A DNA stretch of 64,000 bases from Elusimicrobiota bacterium (GTDB taxonomy: Bacteria > Elusimicrobiota > Elusimicrobia > UBA1565). The notes under the pieces are model-generated. The model saw only the letters and a list, made by a program, of their open reading frames with translations. It was not told where the DNA came from and did no database searches. Of the stretch, positions 13,334-21,941 are shown piece by piece; within the stretch, counting starts at the first letter, position 1; each line of letters opens with the position of its first letter. The stretch spans positions 32,001 through 96,000 of the forward strand of contig JBDRPD010000050.1 of assembly GCA_043827405.1 (NCBI GenBank). Direction: 5' to 3'. The position numbers and the translations under genes were made by a program.

Positions 13334-13763
13334 TCCATAATTCCGGCTGGTTTTGGATGAATGTCCGCATCATGGTCCTGCATTCTTCGCTATCGAGGTT
13401 GATCAGGGTTATGCCCCTCTTGCGGGAATACGCCTCCGGCCCGCGAAAGGTCTTGTTCTCGCCCATGACGACCCGGGGGATCTTGTAGAGCAAAATCGCG
13501 CCCGTGCACATGTCGCAGGGAGAGAGCGTGGAGTAGATGACGCACTTTTTGTAATCCTTGGCTTTCAGCCGTCCCGCCCGCTCCAGGCAATCCATCTCGG
13601 CGTGCAGAATCGATGATTTTTTCTGTACCCGGCGGTTATGCCCGCGGCCGATAATCCTGCCTCCCTTTACCAGCACGGATCCGATCGGGATGCCGCCCTC
13701 TTTTTCGCCCTTGCGGGCTTCCTTGATCGCTTCTTTCATGAACCGTATATGGCTGGACTTCAT
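13314..13763 (-). CDS. Cytosine/nucleoside deaminase (Fcy1-like)
   Basis: EGGIPIGSVL, HAE, SPCDMC zinc motifs; start ATG 13763. Confidence 0.9.
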   Translation of the reverse strand: MKSSHIRFMKEAIKEARKGEKEGGIPIGSVLVKGGRIIGRGHNRRVQKKSSILHAEMDCLERAGRLKAKDYKKCVIYSTLSPCDMCTGAILLYKIPRVVMGENKTFRGPEAYSRKRGITLINLDSEECRTMMRTFIQNQPELWNEDIGA

Positions 13764-13861
13764 AGGGGAAAATCCTCTATCTGGAGGTGAGGGATATAAG
13801 GCCGGAATGGCTCGGATTATAACAATATCCGCCGCCATGACTCCCATCCTCCGAAATAGCT

Positions 13862-14641
13862 ATGATCCATCGCATGGATGATCTGGCGAAGCTTAAGGCC
13901 GGGATAGACTTCTCTTTGACGGGGCTGAAACTGATCAACGAGGCCGCCCGCAAGGAGGGGCATCTGCTCACCGGCCCCTATGCAAACTGGCTCGACCGGG
14001 CCGCCGGGAACTGCGCCGAAAGCGCGGACGCAAAGGATCCCTTGGCCGCTTTACGCACCGCCTTCCAGCATTGCGACATCCTCCTGCGGGCCATGGATAG
14101 GCTGCCTCCGGACATCCACGAGCTCATCGAGCGCTTCGAGGAGACGGCCCAGGCGCTCAACGGCCTGCGTCCCCGGTTGGGCGACCGCGGCATTGACCGC
14201 GTAGTCGCGGCCGCGATAAAGGCGGACGATGAGACCCAGAGCTGCGGCGGGTGCAAGAGCTGCGGCGGGGACCAAAAGGAAGACGCGGTCCCGCCCGTCG
14301 TATTGTTCGTGGACGAAGTATTCAAGGACGCCCTGCGCAAGAAGGCGGACGAGATCGAGCTCGCCCCCGCCAAGGACGTCGTGCTCCTCCAGTATCGGTT
14401 CCCGGACCGGACGCTCCCGGTCGTTGAGGTCTCCGCCCGGCTCGGCATGCTGGCCGCCGCACGCATTAAGGTAATGGCGCGGCTGGATATCCGCAACCGG
14501 GAACGGCCCCAGCAAGGGGTGATCAGCGGCTACCCGAACGGACCGAAGGACATCCCGGTCGGCATATGGCCCAGGCGGGGCGCGGAGCGGGTTCTCGCGC
14601 GCCTGGTTCCGGGAAAGTTCTCCACTCCCGGCGCGCGCTAG
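13862..14641 (+). CDS. Protein with C-terminal GspE/PilB N2-like domain and no ATPase domain
   Basis: VVLFVDEVFKDALRKKADEIELAP...ARIKVMARLDIRNRERPQQG; no Walker A; CGGCKSC in linker. Start may be 13874. Confidence 0.6.
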   Translation: MIHRMDDLAKLKAGIDFSLTGLKLINEAARKEGHLLTGPYANWLDRAAGNCAESADAKDPLAALRTAFQHCDILLRAMDRLPPDIHELIERFEETAQALNGLRPRLGDRGIDRVVAAAIKADDETQSCGGCKSCGGDQKEDAVPPVVLFVDEVFKDALRKKADEIELAPAKDVVLLQYRFPDRTLPVVEVSARLGMLAAARIKVMARLDIRNRERPQQGVISGYPNGPKDIPVGIWPRRGAERVLARLVPGKFSTPGAR

Positions 14642-14680
14642 CTTTCCCGTTCTGACGGATTTCGCGCCGCTCCCTGAAGC

Positions 14681-15244
14681 TCAGTCCGCCAGCTCGATGG
14701 ATATCTCGAGGTACGCCGGAGATTCCACCACGACGGTCTTCTTGCCCCGGACCAGCGAGAAGGAAGACTGCCACTGCCAGGTGGAGATATCCGGCACCTC
14801 GTTATCGGACACCTTGATGCCCGGGGTCGGGCCGGAGAGCTCCACCTGGAGCTGCACCGAAACCCTCTTGTCGTCGTTCGGGTCCAGGATCGGCAGGACG
14901 TTGACGATGAACCCCACCTTCTTGAACTCGACGCCTTCCCCCTGCGAGTTCCTGACGAGATGGGCCTTGTCTCCGCCGGTTATGAAGTTGGCCTGGGTTC
15001 CGTTGCCCATAGTGAACCGGGCGGCCCCGCGGAGATCGAGGTACTTGGCCGCGACGTCCACCTTAAGATTCGTCTCATCCAAGGGAGCGGCGGGCTTTAT
15101 TGCGGCCGCGCGCCGGCTCACGCGCCGGGGGAGTTCCCCCACCATGTTCCGCGAGCGGGTGGTCGGTGCGGCCTCGGCGCCGAGCGCGGCGGCGGGACCC
15201 AGCAGGGACCAGAAAACGGCCAGCGACAGAATGGTCTTGCTCAT
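14681..15244 (-). CDS. Exported protein resembling the secretin C-terminal beta domain
   Basis: GGAGG RBS, signal peptide; VEFKKVGFIVNVLP...VQLQVELS...VPDIST pattern. Confidence 0.55.
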   Translation of the reverse strand: MSKTILSLAVFWSLLGPAAALGAEAAPTTRSRNMVGELPRRVSRRAAAIKPAAPLDETNLKVDVAAKYLDLRGAARFTMGNGTQANFITGGDKAHLVRNSQGEGVEFKKVGFIVNVLPILDPNDDKRVSVQLQVELSGPTPGIKVSDNEVPDISTWQWQSSFSLVRGKKTVVVESPAYLEISIELAD

Positions 15245-15342
15245 ACGTCCTCCCGGCTCCGGGCAGGCGGCATTATCACGCAACGCCGACAAACACCCCC
15301 CGGAGGTCGGCCTATCATACCATGTGCCGCGGGGCATTGCCC

Positions 15343-15422
15343 GAATTGAACCCCCGGCTCTGGAAAACCATACTGTAACCCGCCGGAAGCGTGAGCGGTT
15401 GAAACGGACGCTCTCGAAAAGT
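15343..15422 (+). pseudogene. Decayed copy of the tRNA-Ser(CGA) promoter and 5' half
   Basis: Aligns to 18489-18535 plus 18642-18674; -10 changed to CATACT; ends just after the anticodon loop. Confidence 0.85.
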
Positions 15423-15443
15423 CCCTTTCGGTCCCGAGTCCCC

Positions 15444-15525
15444 GTTCAATTCCGCTCGCCCGCTCCAGATTTTAAGTGACGTGCCGCACGCCGGAGCAAA
15501 GATAGACCAAGGCCTCGGCGTTTTC
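15444..15525 (+). repeat. 82-bp direct repeat, copy 1 (tRNA-Gly 3' end plus tail)
   Basis: 80/82 identical to 18398-18479 by manual alignment. Confidence 0.95.
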
Positions 15526-15545
15526 TTTTGTCCGTCAGAAAATCG

Positions 15546-15641
15546 CTACCATGTCTCGATCAAACTGGTGATGACGAAGGCGAGCAGCACGATGACCGCG
15601 ATGATGATGGTGATCCGTCGTTTCCAGACCGGGCCGATCAC
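15546..15641 (-). CDS. 31-aa single-TM small protein
   Basis: MIGPVWKRRITIIIAVIVLLAFVITSLIETW; GTG start overlaps the htpX stop (GTGA). Confidence 0.5.
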   Translation of the reverse strand: MIGPVWKRRITIIIAVIVLLAFVITSLIETW

Positions 15642-16537
15642 GCCCGCTCCAGAGCCCGGATTCGCTCCGTCAAAGGAGGATGGCTGGCGTAGAGCTTGGC
15701 GATCCAGCCCCGGGGCTCCCCGTGGATCTTCAACATGGCCAGCGCCGGCTGCTCCCGGTCGACGCGTTTGGAGTTCTCCCTCAGGCTCTCAAGCGCGTGG
15801 ATCATGGCCCGGCGGCTCGTTAATTCAGCTGCGCCGGCATCAGCCCGGTACTCCCGCCACCGTGAGAACGCATAGATGACGGGTGCGGCAAGGAGCATCA
15901 AGACGGTCTCCAGGACCATGACCACCATGATGTAGGCGAAGCCGCCCAGTCCCCGGCTCTCCCGATCGCGGCTCAGGAAGCTGTCGATAGCGAAAGCGAT
16001 GACCCTGGCCAGAAACATGACGAAGGTGTTGACCACGCCCTGGATCAGGGTCATGGTGACCATATCGCCATTCGCGACATGCGCGATCTCATGGCCCAAG
16101 ACGCCCTCGACGGCTGTGTCGTCGAGCCTCTCGAGAAGGCCGGTCGAGACCGCCACCAACGACCGGTCCTTGCTCGGGCCTGTGGCGAACGCGTTAACCT
16201 CCCGGCTAGGATAGACGCCGATCTCGGGGAGCGTCTGCATGCCTGCCCGGGCGCAGAGATGGCGGATCCTCTCGACCAGAAAGGCCTCGATCTCGTTATG
16301 CGGGTTCCCGGGGTCGATCAACTGGACGCCCAGCGCATGCTTGGCGGTCCAACGGGACAGCTGCAGGGAGATGAAGGCGCCGCCAATCCCGAACAGGGCG
16401 CAGAAGACAAGGAGGCTGTCCAGCCGCATCCCCCGCGCGGCGAGATACGAACCAAGCCCGAGCAGGTTCGCGACCACGGAGATCGTCAGTACGACCGCCG
16501 CATTGACGGCCAAGAAGAGGACTACCCGACGGACCAT
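15638..16537 (-). CDS. htpX: Protease HtpX (M48)
   Basis: NAFATG, GVLGHEIAHVANGDMVTMTL, FSRWREYRAD, SHPPL; GAGGTG RBS. Confidence 0.95.
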   Translation of the reverse strand: MVRRVVLFLAVNAAVVLTISVVANLLGLGSYLAARGMRLDSLLVFCALFGIGGAFISLQLSRWTAKHALGVQLIDPGNPHNEIEAFLVERIRHLCARAGMQTLPEIGVYPSREVNAFATGPSKDRSLVAVSTGLLERLDDTAVEGVLGHEIAHVANGDMVTMTLIQGVVNTFVMFLARVIAFAIDSFLSRDRESRGLGGFAYIMVVMVLETVLMLLAAPVIYAFSRWREYRADAGAAELTSRRAMIHALESLRENSKRVDREQPALAMLKIHGEPRGWIAKLYASHPPLTERIRALERA

Positions 16538-16785
16538 CTCTATCACCTCACCGTTGCGTTCCAGGGGCGGCGTGATTCCGCCGCCAGGCGCCGATTGCAG
16601 CTCCTGCCCATGGACCGGCATCTACTTACACTACGCGGAGATGAGTGCAGAGTTCCAACTAAAACGTTACATCCGGGCAGCCCGAGGTCGGTCGACTCAC
16701 CCAACTCAACCCTAGGATTGATGATGAAGAGTCTGTACACTACATTCAGGTTTGGGCACGTGAGCCCGGTGCCGGCAGGAGGCAT

Positions 16786-17373
16786 ATGCTGAATAATTTA
16801 CGGACCTACATCTTGCGCGGGTTTATCCTTCTGATTCCTATTGTCCTATCGGGACTGGCCATCCGGCTTGTGTACGTGGTAATCGATAAGCGGGTCATGG
16901 GCCTAGTGGATGACTTTCTGGGCTTTTCCGTTCCGGGCCTCGGGATCGTGCTGCTCTTGGCGGGTTTGTACCTGGTCGGACTGGCGGGCGGCGGCATGGT
17001 CGCCAAGTACCTGCTGGGAACAATCGAGGGCATCGCCGCCAAGATCCCGTTGGTGAATACGACCTATCAGGTGGGCAAGCAGATCGCCTCGACGCTTACC
17101 TTGCCCGAGCACCAGGTTCTCAAGCGCGCAGTCTTGGTGGGCTACCTACGCCCCGGGATGTGGACCATCGGGTTCGTCACCGGGACGCTTGAAGACGCGC
17201 AGGCCCCCGGGGAGAAGCTTTTAAAGGTCTTCGTGCCGACGCCACCCAATCCCACCACTGGGACCATCATCATCGTCAAAGAGTCCGAGACTCGGGATCC
17301 GGGGTGGACGGTGGAGGAGGCGATGAAGACCGTCATCTCCGCGGGACTGATCGGACCGGAGCGGGTAAATTGA
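16786..17373 (+). CDS. DUF502 membrane protein
   Basis: KIPLVNTTY, IGFVTG, VFVPTPPNPTTG, EEAMKTVISAG; AGGAGG RBS. Confidence 0.9.
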   Translation: MLNNLRTYILRGFILLIPIVLSGLAIRLVYVVIDKRVMGLVDDFLGFSVPGLGIVLLLAGLYLVGLAGGGMVAKYLLGTIEGIAAKIPLVNTTYQVGKQIASTLTLPEHQVLKRAVLVGYLRPGMWTIGFVTGTLEDAQAPGEKLLKVFVPTPPNPTTGTIIIVKESETRDPGWTVEEAMKTVISAGLIGPERVN

Positions 17374-17414
17374 ATTCTCTGCCCGAACGGCAGTTCTGAA
17401 TCGCTGTCAAACCG

Positions 17415-18344
17415 ATGCTTGGGGATATCTTCTTCCTGTGTGCGGGGCTCGGGGGCCTGATCGTTGGGGCCGAGGTACTGATCAGGGGCGGGAGCCGCCT
17501 CGCCGCCATCTGGGGCCTTCGACCGATCATCATCGGTTTGACCGTGGTGGCCTTTGGGACGTCCGCTCCCGAGGCCGTCGTGAGCGTCTTGGCCGGCCTG
17601 CGGGAGCAGTCCGATGTGGCGATGGGGAACGTGGTCGGCAGCAACATCTTCAACATTGCCGCGATCCTCGGATTGGCGAGTCTGATCCGACCCCTGGCCG
17701 TACAAGCCGACTCGATCCGGCGTGAGGTCCCTTTTGCCGTAGGCTCCGCCGTGCTGCTCTGGGTCTTGTGTATTGACGGCCGGCTCGGAGTTCTCGACGG
17801 CTTGCTGCTGCTGGGCTGCTTTGCATTCTTCAACGCGATGGTATTCCGCTGGGTCCGGTCGGCAGACGAGGCGAATACCCGGGAACGGGGAAGCGGTGGG
17901 GTCAGGTCCTCAGGCGGCCTCTGTTTACTGGGCTTGGCCTTGCTGGTCGCGGGCGCGCACTGGTTCGTGGATGGATCGGTCGCGTTGGCGCGGGCCTGGG
18001 GGGTGAGCGAGCTCTTCATCGGGCTCACCATCGTGGCTGCCGGGACATCCCTGCCGGAGTTGGCGACATCCGTAATGGGGGCGGTGCGCGGGAAGGATGA
18101 TCTGGCCATCGGCAATGTCGTCGGCAGCAACATCTTCAATATCCTCCTCATTCTGGGGCTGGCGGCCATGATCCATCCGCTCACGGTCGCGCCATCGCTT
18201 CTGCGCCGGGACATCCCGGTGATGATCGCCTTGACGCTGGTCCTCGTCCCGGTCATGCGTTCCGGCTTCCGGATTTCCCGCCTCGAAGGGTGCCTTCTTG
18301 TGGCGGCCTATGGGACATACCTATACTACGCCTCGGTTCGTTAG
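17415..18344 (+). CDS. Ca2+/Na+ antiporter (CaCA, YrbG-like)
   Basis: Two alpha repeats GTSAPE / GTSLPE, each with GNVVGSNIFN. Confidence 0.93.
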   Translation: MLGDIFFLCAGLGGLIVGAEVLIRGGSRLAAIWGLRPIIIGLTVVAFGTSAPEAVVSVLAGLREQSDVAMGNVVGSNIFNIAAILGLASLIRPLAVQADSIRREVPFAVGSAVLLWVLCIDGRLGVLDGLLLLGCFAFFNAMVFRWVRSADEANTRERGSGGVRSSGGLCLLGLALLVAGAHWFVDGSVALARAWGVSELFIGLTIVAAGTSLPELATSVMGAVRGKDDLAIGNVVGSNIFNILLILGLAAMIHPLTVAPSLLRRDIPVMIALTLVLVPVMRSGFRISRLEGCLLVAAYGTYLYYASVR

Positions 18345-18374
18345 CAAGAAATTGATTATTCGACGGGTGGTCGA

Positions 18375-18421
18375 ACCTTGCCAAGGTAGAGACGGCGGTT
18401 CGATTCCGCTCGCCCGCTCCA
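18375..18421 (+). pseudogene. 3' fragment of tRNA-Gly(GCC), att-like
   Basis: Anticodon arm ACCTTGCCAAGGT, T arm GGCGG-TTCGATT-CCGCT, CGCCCGC-TCCA; intact 5' strand and D arm absent. Confidence 0.85.
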
Positions 18422-18479
18422 GATTTTAAGTGACGTGCCGCACGCCGGAGCAAAGATAGACCAAGGCTTCGGCGTTTTC
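18398..18479 (+). repeat. 82-bp direct repeat, copy 2
   Basis: Matches 15444-15525 with two mismatches. Confidence 0.95.
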
Positions 18480-18491
18480 GCCTCTCCAGAA

Positions 18492-18520
18492 TTGAACCCC
18501 CGGCCCGGGAAAGCTATACT
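18492..18520 (+). promoter_or_regulatory. Sigma70 promoter for tRNA-Ser
   Basis: TTGAAC-N17-TATACT followed by a GC-rich discriminator. Confidence 0.8.
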
Positions 18521-18530
18521 GTCATCCGCC

Positions 18531-18632
18531 GGAAGGGTGCCATCCGCCGCAGGCGGATAGTGCCGCTCCTTAAGGATTACTGGAAGGGTGCAATCCGCCG
18601 CCGGCGGATAGTGCCGCTCCTCGGAAATTATA
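18531..18632 (+). repeat. Two tandem 51-bp hairpin units starting with the tRNA-Ser 5' decamer
   Basis: GGAAGGGTGC at 18531, 18582 and 18633; each unit contains ATCCGCC-N3-GGCGGAT. Confidence 0.92.
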
Positions 18633-18719
18633 GGAAGGGTGCGTGAGCGGTTGAAACGAACACTCTCGAAAAGTGTCAGACAGGAAACTGTCTCGTGGGT
18701 TCGAATCCCACCCCTTCCG
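18633..18719 (+). tRNA. tRNA-Ser(CGA)
   Basis: Acceptor GGAAGGG/CCCTTCC, anticodon arm ACACT-CTCGAAA-AGTGT, long variable arm, GGTTCGAATCC, G discriminator; CCA not encoded. Confidence 0.95.
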
Positions 18720-18808
18720 CCCTATTTTCTAATAAGTTTAAGGTATTGGACTGGCGGAGTTTGTTCGTAAGGTGTCCCACTCCGCCCGCCAGATTTGAGG
18801 TTACAACC

Positions 18809-19303
18809 ATGAGCAAAAAAGATATCCACGGCGAGCCCGAACACTACGAGAAGCCGAAGCAAAAGAAGTGGTGGCAGAAGGAATGGGACCCCATCGGCAA
18901 CCTGGTCGCCAAAGTCTCCAAGTCGGGAACGGCTCTCCCCGAAACCGCTCCGGACAAGGCGGGCGAACAAAAGGAACCCCAGGAGTCCGCCCCCGACATG
19001 AAGGAGCTCGAGAAGAAGGGGCTCCTCGGCAAATTCTACCGCCACTGGAAGGACCCGGCCTTCAAGAAGCAGCTGCAGGCCGTAGCCGAGCGCATGAAGG
19101 CCGACGGCGTCGACGTCAAGAACCAAAACGCCGTCAAGGCCTGGGTGCAGGCCCACCAGAAGGAAATCGAGTCCGGAAAGATTCAGTCCCCAACCACGTC
19201 GCAGGTAAAGACCTTCGTCAAGGACAAGCCCTCGGTCGGCCGCAACGAGCCCTGCCCCTGCGGCAGCAAGAAGAAGTACAAGAAATGCTGCGCCCGGAAC
19301 TAG
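18809..19303 (+). CDS. SEC-C motif protein
   Basis: C-terminal VGRNEPCPCGSKKKYKKCC; GAGG RBS before ATG 18809. Confidence 0.85.
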   Translation: MSKKDIHGEPEHYEKPKQKKWWQKEWDPIGNLVAKVSKSGTALPETAPDKAGEQKEPQESAPDMKELEKKGLLGKFYRHWKDPAFKKQLQAVAERMKADGVDVKNQNAVKAWVQAHQKEIESGKIQSPTTSQVKTFVKDKPSVGRNEPCPCGSKKKYKKCCARN

Positions 19304-19310
19304 CCGCGGG

Positions 19311-20681
19311 CTAGCCGAACAGCAGCCAGCTCGCCAGCAGCAGATACGACGCCGTCCCGATAATATCGGTCAAGGTCGTCACCAGCGGACCCGTCGCCGT
19401 CGCCGGGTCGACCCCCACCCGCCGGAACATCAGCGGCACCATGGCGCCCAAAGTCGCCGCCACCACCATAGAGACGAGCGCTCCCAGCCCCGTCACGAAG
19501 GCGAACAGCGCGCCGAAACGGCTGCCGTAAAAAGCATAGGACACGCAGAACATCAGCACGCTGACGCCCAGGCCCAGCAGGAGGCCGACCTGGAAGTCGC
19601 GGAGCACCGCCTCCCGCCCGCCCTCCTGGTCGATCTCGCCGGTCGACAAGCCGCGCACCATGATGATGGCGCTCTGCGAGCCGATATTGCCGCCCAAGGC
19701 CGCGATCAGCGGGATAAAGGTGGCCAGCGCCACAATCCGGGAAAGCTGGACCTCAAAGAACCAGATCACCAAAGCCACCATGATCTGCCCCACGCAGGTC
19801 ACCGTCATCCACGGGGCGCGCAGCCGCGCCGCTTCCCAGGCCGTCTGCGGCTCTTCGAACTCGTCGGCATGGGTACCGAACATCTTGGCGATATCCTCTT
19901 CGGTCTCCTCTTCGACGACCTCGATGATATCGGTATCGAGGACCACGCCGATGAGCTTGCGCGCGCGGTCGACGACCGGCGCGCTGCCGAGCTTGTAATG
20001 GGCGAAGATCTGCGCCGCTTCTTCCTGGTCCATCTCCGGCGACAGGATCTCGGGATCGACGTTCATGAGCTCGCGGATCTGGGTGGCCGACGGCGCGACG
20101 ACGAGCTTCTTGAGAGACACCGTCCCCTTGAGCATCTCCTCCTGATCGACCACGAACAAAGTGTCCAGGAACTTGGTCTCGATCTGCCGCAGCAAAGTGC
20201 TGCCGTGGATGGAGTCGAGAGCCTTGCGGCAGGTCCAGTCGATATTAAGCTGAACGTAGTTCGAGCGCATCAGCGCGCCGACGCTCTCGTCCGGATACTT
20301 CAGGTAGCGCTCCACCTCTTCGTCCTTGTCGTCCTTGCGCAGGATCTCGCGCAAGGCGCGCACGATGGGCGGCGCCAGCTCGCGCATGATGCGCCCGGTC
20401 TCGGTCGGATCGAGATCCTCGACGAGCTCGTGCACCTCCTCGTCCTCCAGGGCGGTCAGCAGCTCCTCCTGGTGCTCAGCCTCCAGCTCCTCGAACAGCT
20501 GCAGGGCGCGCTGCCGGGGCAGCAGCTTGAACAGCACCATGCGCTCGTCGTCGTCGAAGTGCTCCCAGCCCTCCACCAGGTCGAACGGGCTGATCACGCG
20601 CAGCGCCGAGCGTACCGAGGTGAAGTCCCGGGACTCGAGCAGCTCCTTGAGATCGGAGAGAAAAATCTGGATCGTACGCAT
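19311..20681 (-). CDS. mgtE: Magnesium transporter MgtE
   Basis: MgtE-N, CBS pair, GGNIGSQ, DPATATGPLVTTLTDI. Confidence 0.95.
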   Translation of the reverse strand: MRTIQIFLSDLKELLESRDFTSVRSALRVISPFDLVEGWEHFDDDERMVLFKLLPRQRALQLFEELEAEHQEELLTALEDEEVHELVEDLDPTETGRIMRELAPPIVRALREILRKDDKDEEVERYLKYPDESVGALMRSNYVQLNIDWTCRKALDSIHGSTLLRQIETKFLDTLFVVDQEEMLKGTVSLKKLVVAPSATQIRELMNVDPEILSPEMDQEEAAQIFAHYKLGSAPVVDRARKLIGVVLDTDIIEVVEEETEEDIAKMFGTHADEFEEPQTAWEAARLRAPWMTVTCVGQIMVALVIWFFEVQLSRIVALATFIPLIAALGGNIGSQSAIIMVRGLSTGEIDQEGGREAVLRDFQVGLLLGLGVSVLMFCVSYAFYGSRFGALFAFVTGLGALVSMVVAATLGAMVPLMFRRVGVDPATATGPLVTTLTDIIGTASYLLLASWLLFG

Positions 20682-20714
20682 GGGTGAAGTTTAGCAAACT
20701 GATATAGTACCGCG

Positions 20715-21941
20715 ATGGGACTGCCGCGGCTGCGGGCACTGGACGCCACCCCGATGGAGGAGCAGGGCGAACGGATAATCGTCCTGCGCGACCCCGAAGG
20801 CTACACCGACCTGCTCATGCTGCTCTCGCCCGTCGAAGCGCTGGTCGCCTTCCAGCTCAACGGACGACTCGGCGCCCGCGAGATCGCCGACCAGGTGGTC
20901 GCGCAGACCGGCCTCAAAAGCTTCCCGGTCGAATTTATCGAGCTTCTGGTCGCCAAGCTCGATGAAAACTACATGCTCGACTCCAAGCGCTTCGCCGCGC
21001 GCAAGAAGCAGGTCCTCGACGACTTCCGCCGCGCCAAGGTCCGGCCGTCTTTGCTCGCCGGCCGCGGCTACTCCGCCCAGCCCGCGAAGCTGACCCGCGA
21101 ACTGGACGCCTTTTTCCTGGCGGACGGCGCCCCCGGCCGGCGCCCGGAGCCGGACGGCAGCGCCCCGCCCAGCGGCCTGGTCGCGCCGCATATCGATTTT
21201 CAGCGCGGCAAGGCGGGCTATGCCTGGGCCTACGGCGAAATCCTGCGCTCGGGGCTGGCCGACCTCTACGTGATCCTGGGCGTCGCCCATGCCTCGCCGT
21301 CGACGCCGATCGTGCTGACGGAAAAAGACTACGACACCCCGTTCGGCCCCGCACGCGTCGACGCCGAGCTGGCCCGGGCCTTCGCGGACGGCGTCCCCTT
21401 CGACCTGCGCCTCGACGAGCTGACGCACCGCAGCGAACATTCTATCGAAATGCAGGCGGTCCTCCTCAAGTACGCCCAGAAGAAGCTGGGCGGCGAGTTC
21501 AGGATTCTGCCGCTGCTCTGCTCGTCCGCGGACCTCGAGGGCTGCGACCCGGGAGAGCGGACCACCGCCGTGCTCGACCGGCTGGAACAGCTGCTGCGCG
21601 GCTATCCGGGCAAGGTCTGCCTGCTGGCGAGCGTGGACCTCGCCCATATCGGCCCCTGCTTCGGCGACGAAAAGGAAGTCGACGAGGCGTTTCTCGCCGA
21701 AACGAAAAAGCGGGACCATGAGGGCCTCGAGCGCCTGCTGGCGCAGGACGCCGCGGGCTTTCTCGACTCCGTAATGCGCGACGACAACCGCCGCAAGGTC
21801 TGCGGGGTGAGCGCGCTCCACGCCTTCTCGCGCCTGCACGGAAAGCTGTTTCCGAACGCCGCGGGCGAACTGCTGCACTACGGCCACGCCGCCGATCCGA
21901 CCGGCGGCGAAGTCACCTTCGCCAGCATGTCCTTCCGGTGA
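20715..21941 (+). CDS. MEMO1/AmmeMemoRadiSam protein B with N-terminal winged-helix-like extension
   Basis: APHID, LGVAH, HRSEHSIEMQ, ASVDLAHIG, KVCG. Confidence 0.88.
   Translation: MGLPRLRALDATPMEEQGERIIVLRDPEGYTDLLMLLSPVEALVAFQLNGRLGAREIADQVVAQTGLKSFPVEFIELLVAKLDENYMLDSKRFAARKKQVLDDFRRAKVRPSLLAGRGYSAQPAKLTRELDAFFLADGAPGRRPEPDGSAPPSGLVAPHIDFQRGKAGYAWAYGEILRSGLADLYVILGVAHASPSTPIVLTEKDYDTPFGPARVDAELARAFADGVPFDLRLDELTHRSEHSIEMQAVLLKYAQKKLGGEFRILPLLCSSADLEGCDPGERTTAVLDRLEQLLRGYPGKVCLLASVDLAHIGPCFGDEKEVDEAFLAETKKRDHEGLERLLAQDAAGFLDSVMRDDNRRKVCGVSALHAFSRLHGKLFPNAAGELLHYGHAADPTGGEVTFASMSFR

Noticed and set aside
16625..16651. CIRCE-like element upstream of htpX (TCTGCACTC-N9-TAGTGTAAG, minus strand)
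   Set aside because: Too many mismatches to TTAGCACTC-N9-GAGTGCTAA to call without a scored search.
18345..18421. Intact second tRNA-Gly
   Set aside because: No GCGGGCG 5' acceptor strand or complete D arm upstream of the anticodon arm.
11100..18480. Prophage or ICE
   Set aside because: No integrase, structural, replication or conjugation genes in the window.
18531..18642. CRISPR array reading of the 51-bp repeats
   Set aside because: Only two units, the variable parts are short and similar, no cas genes, and the repeat head is the tRNA 5' end.
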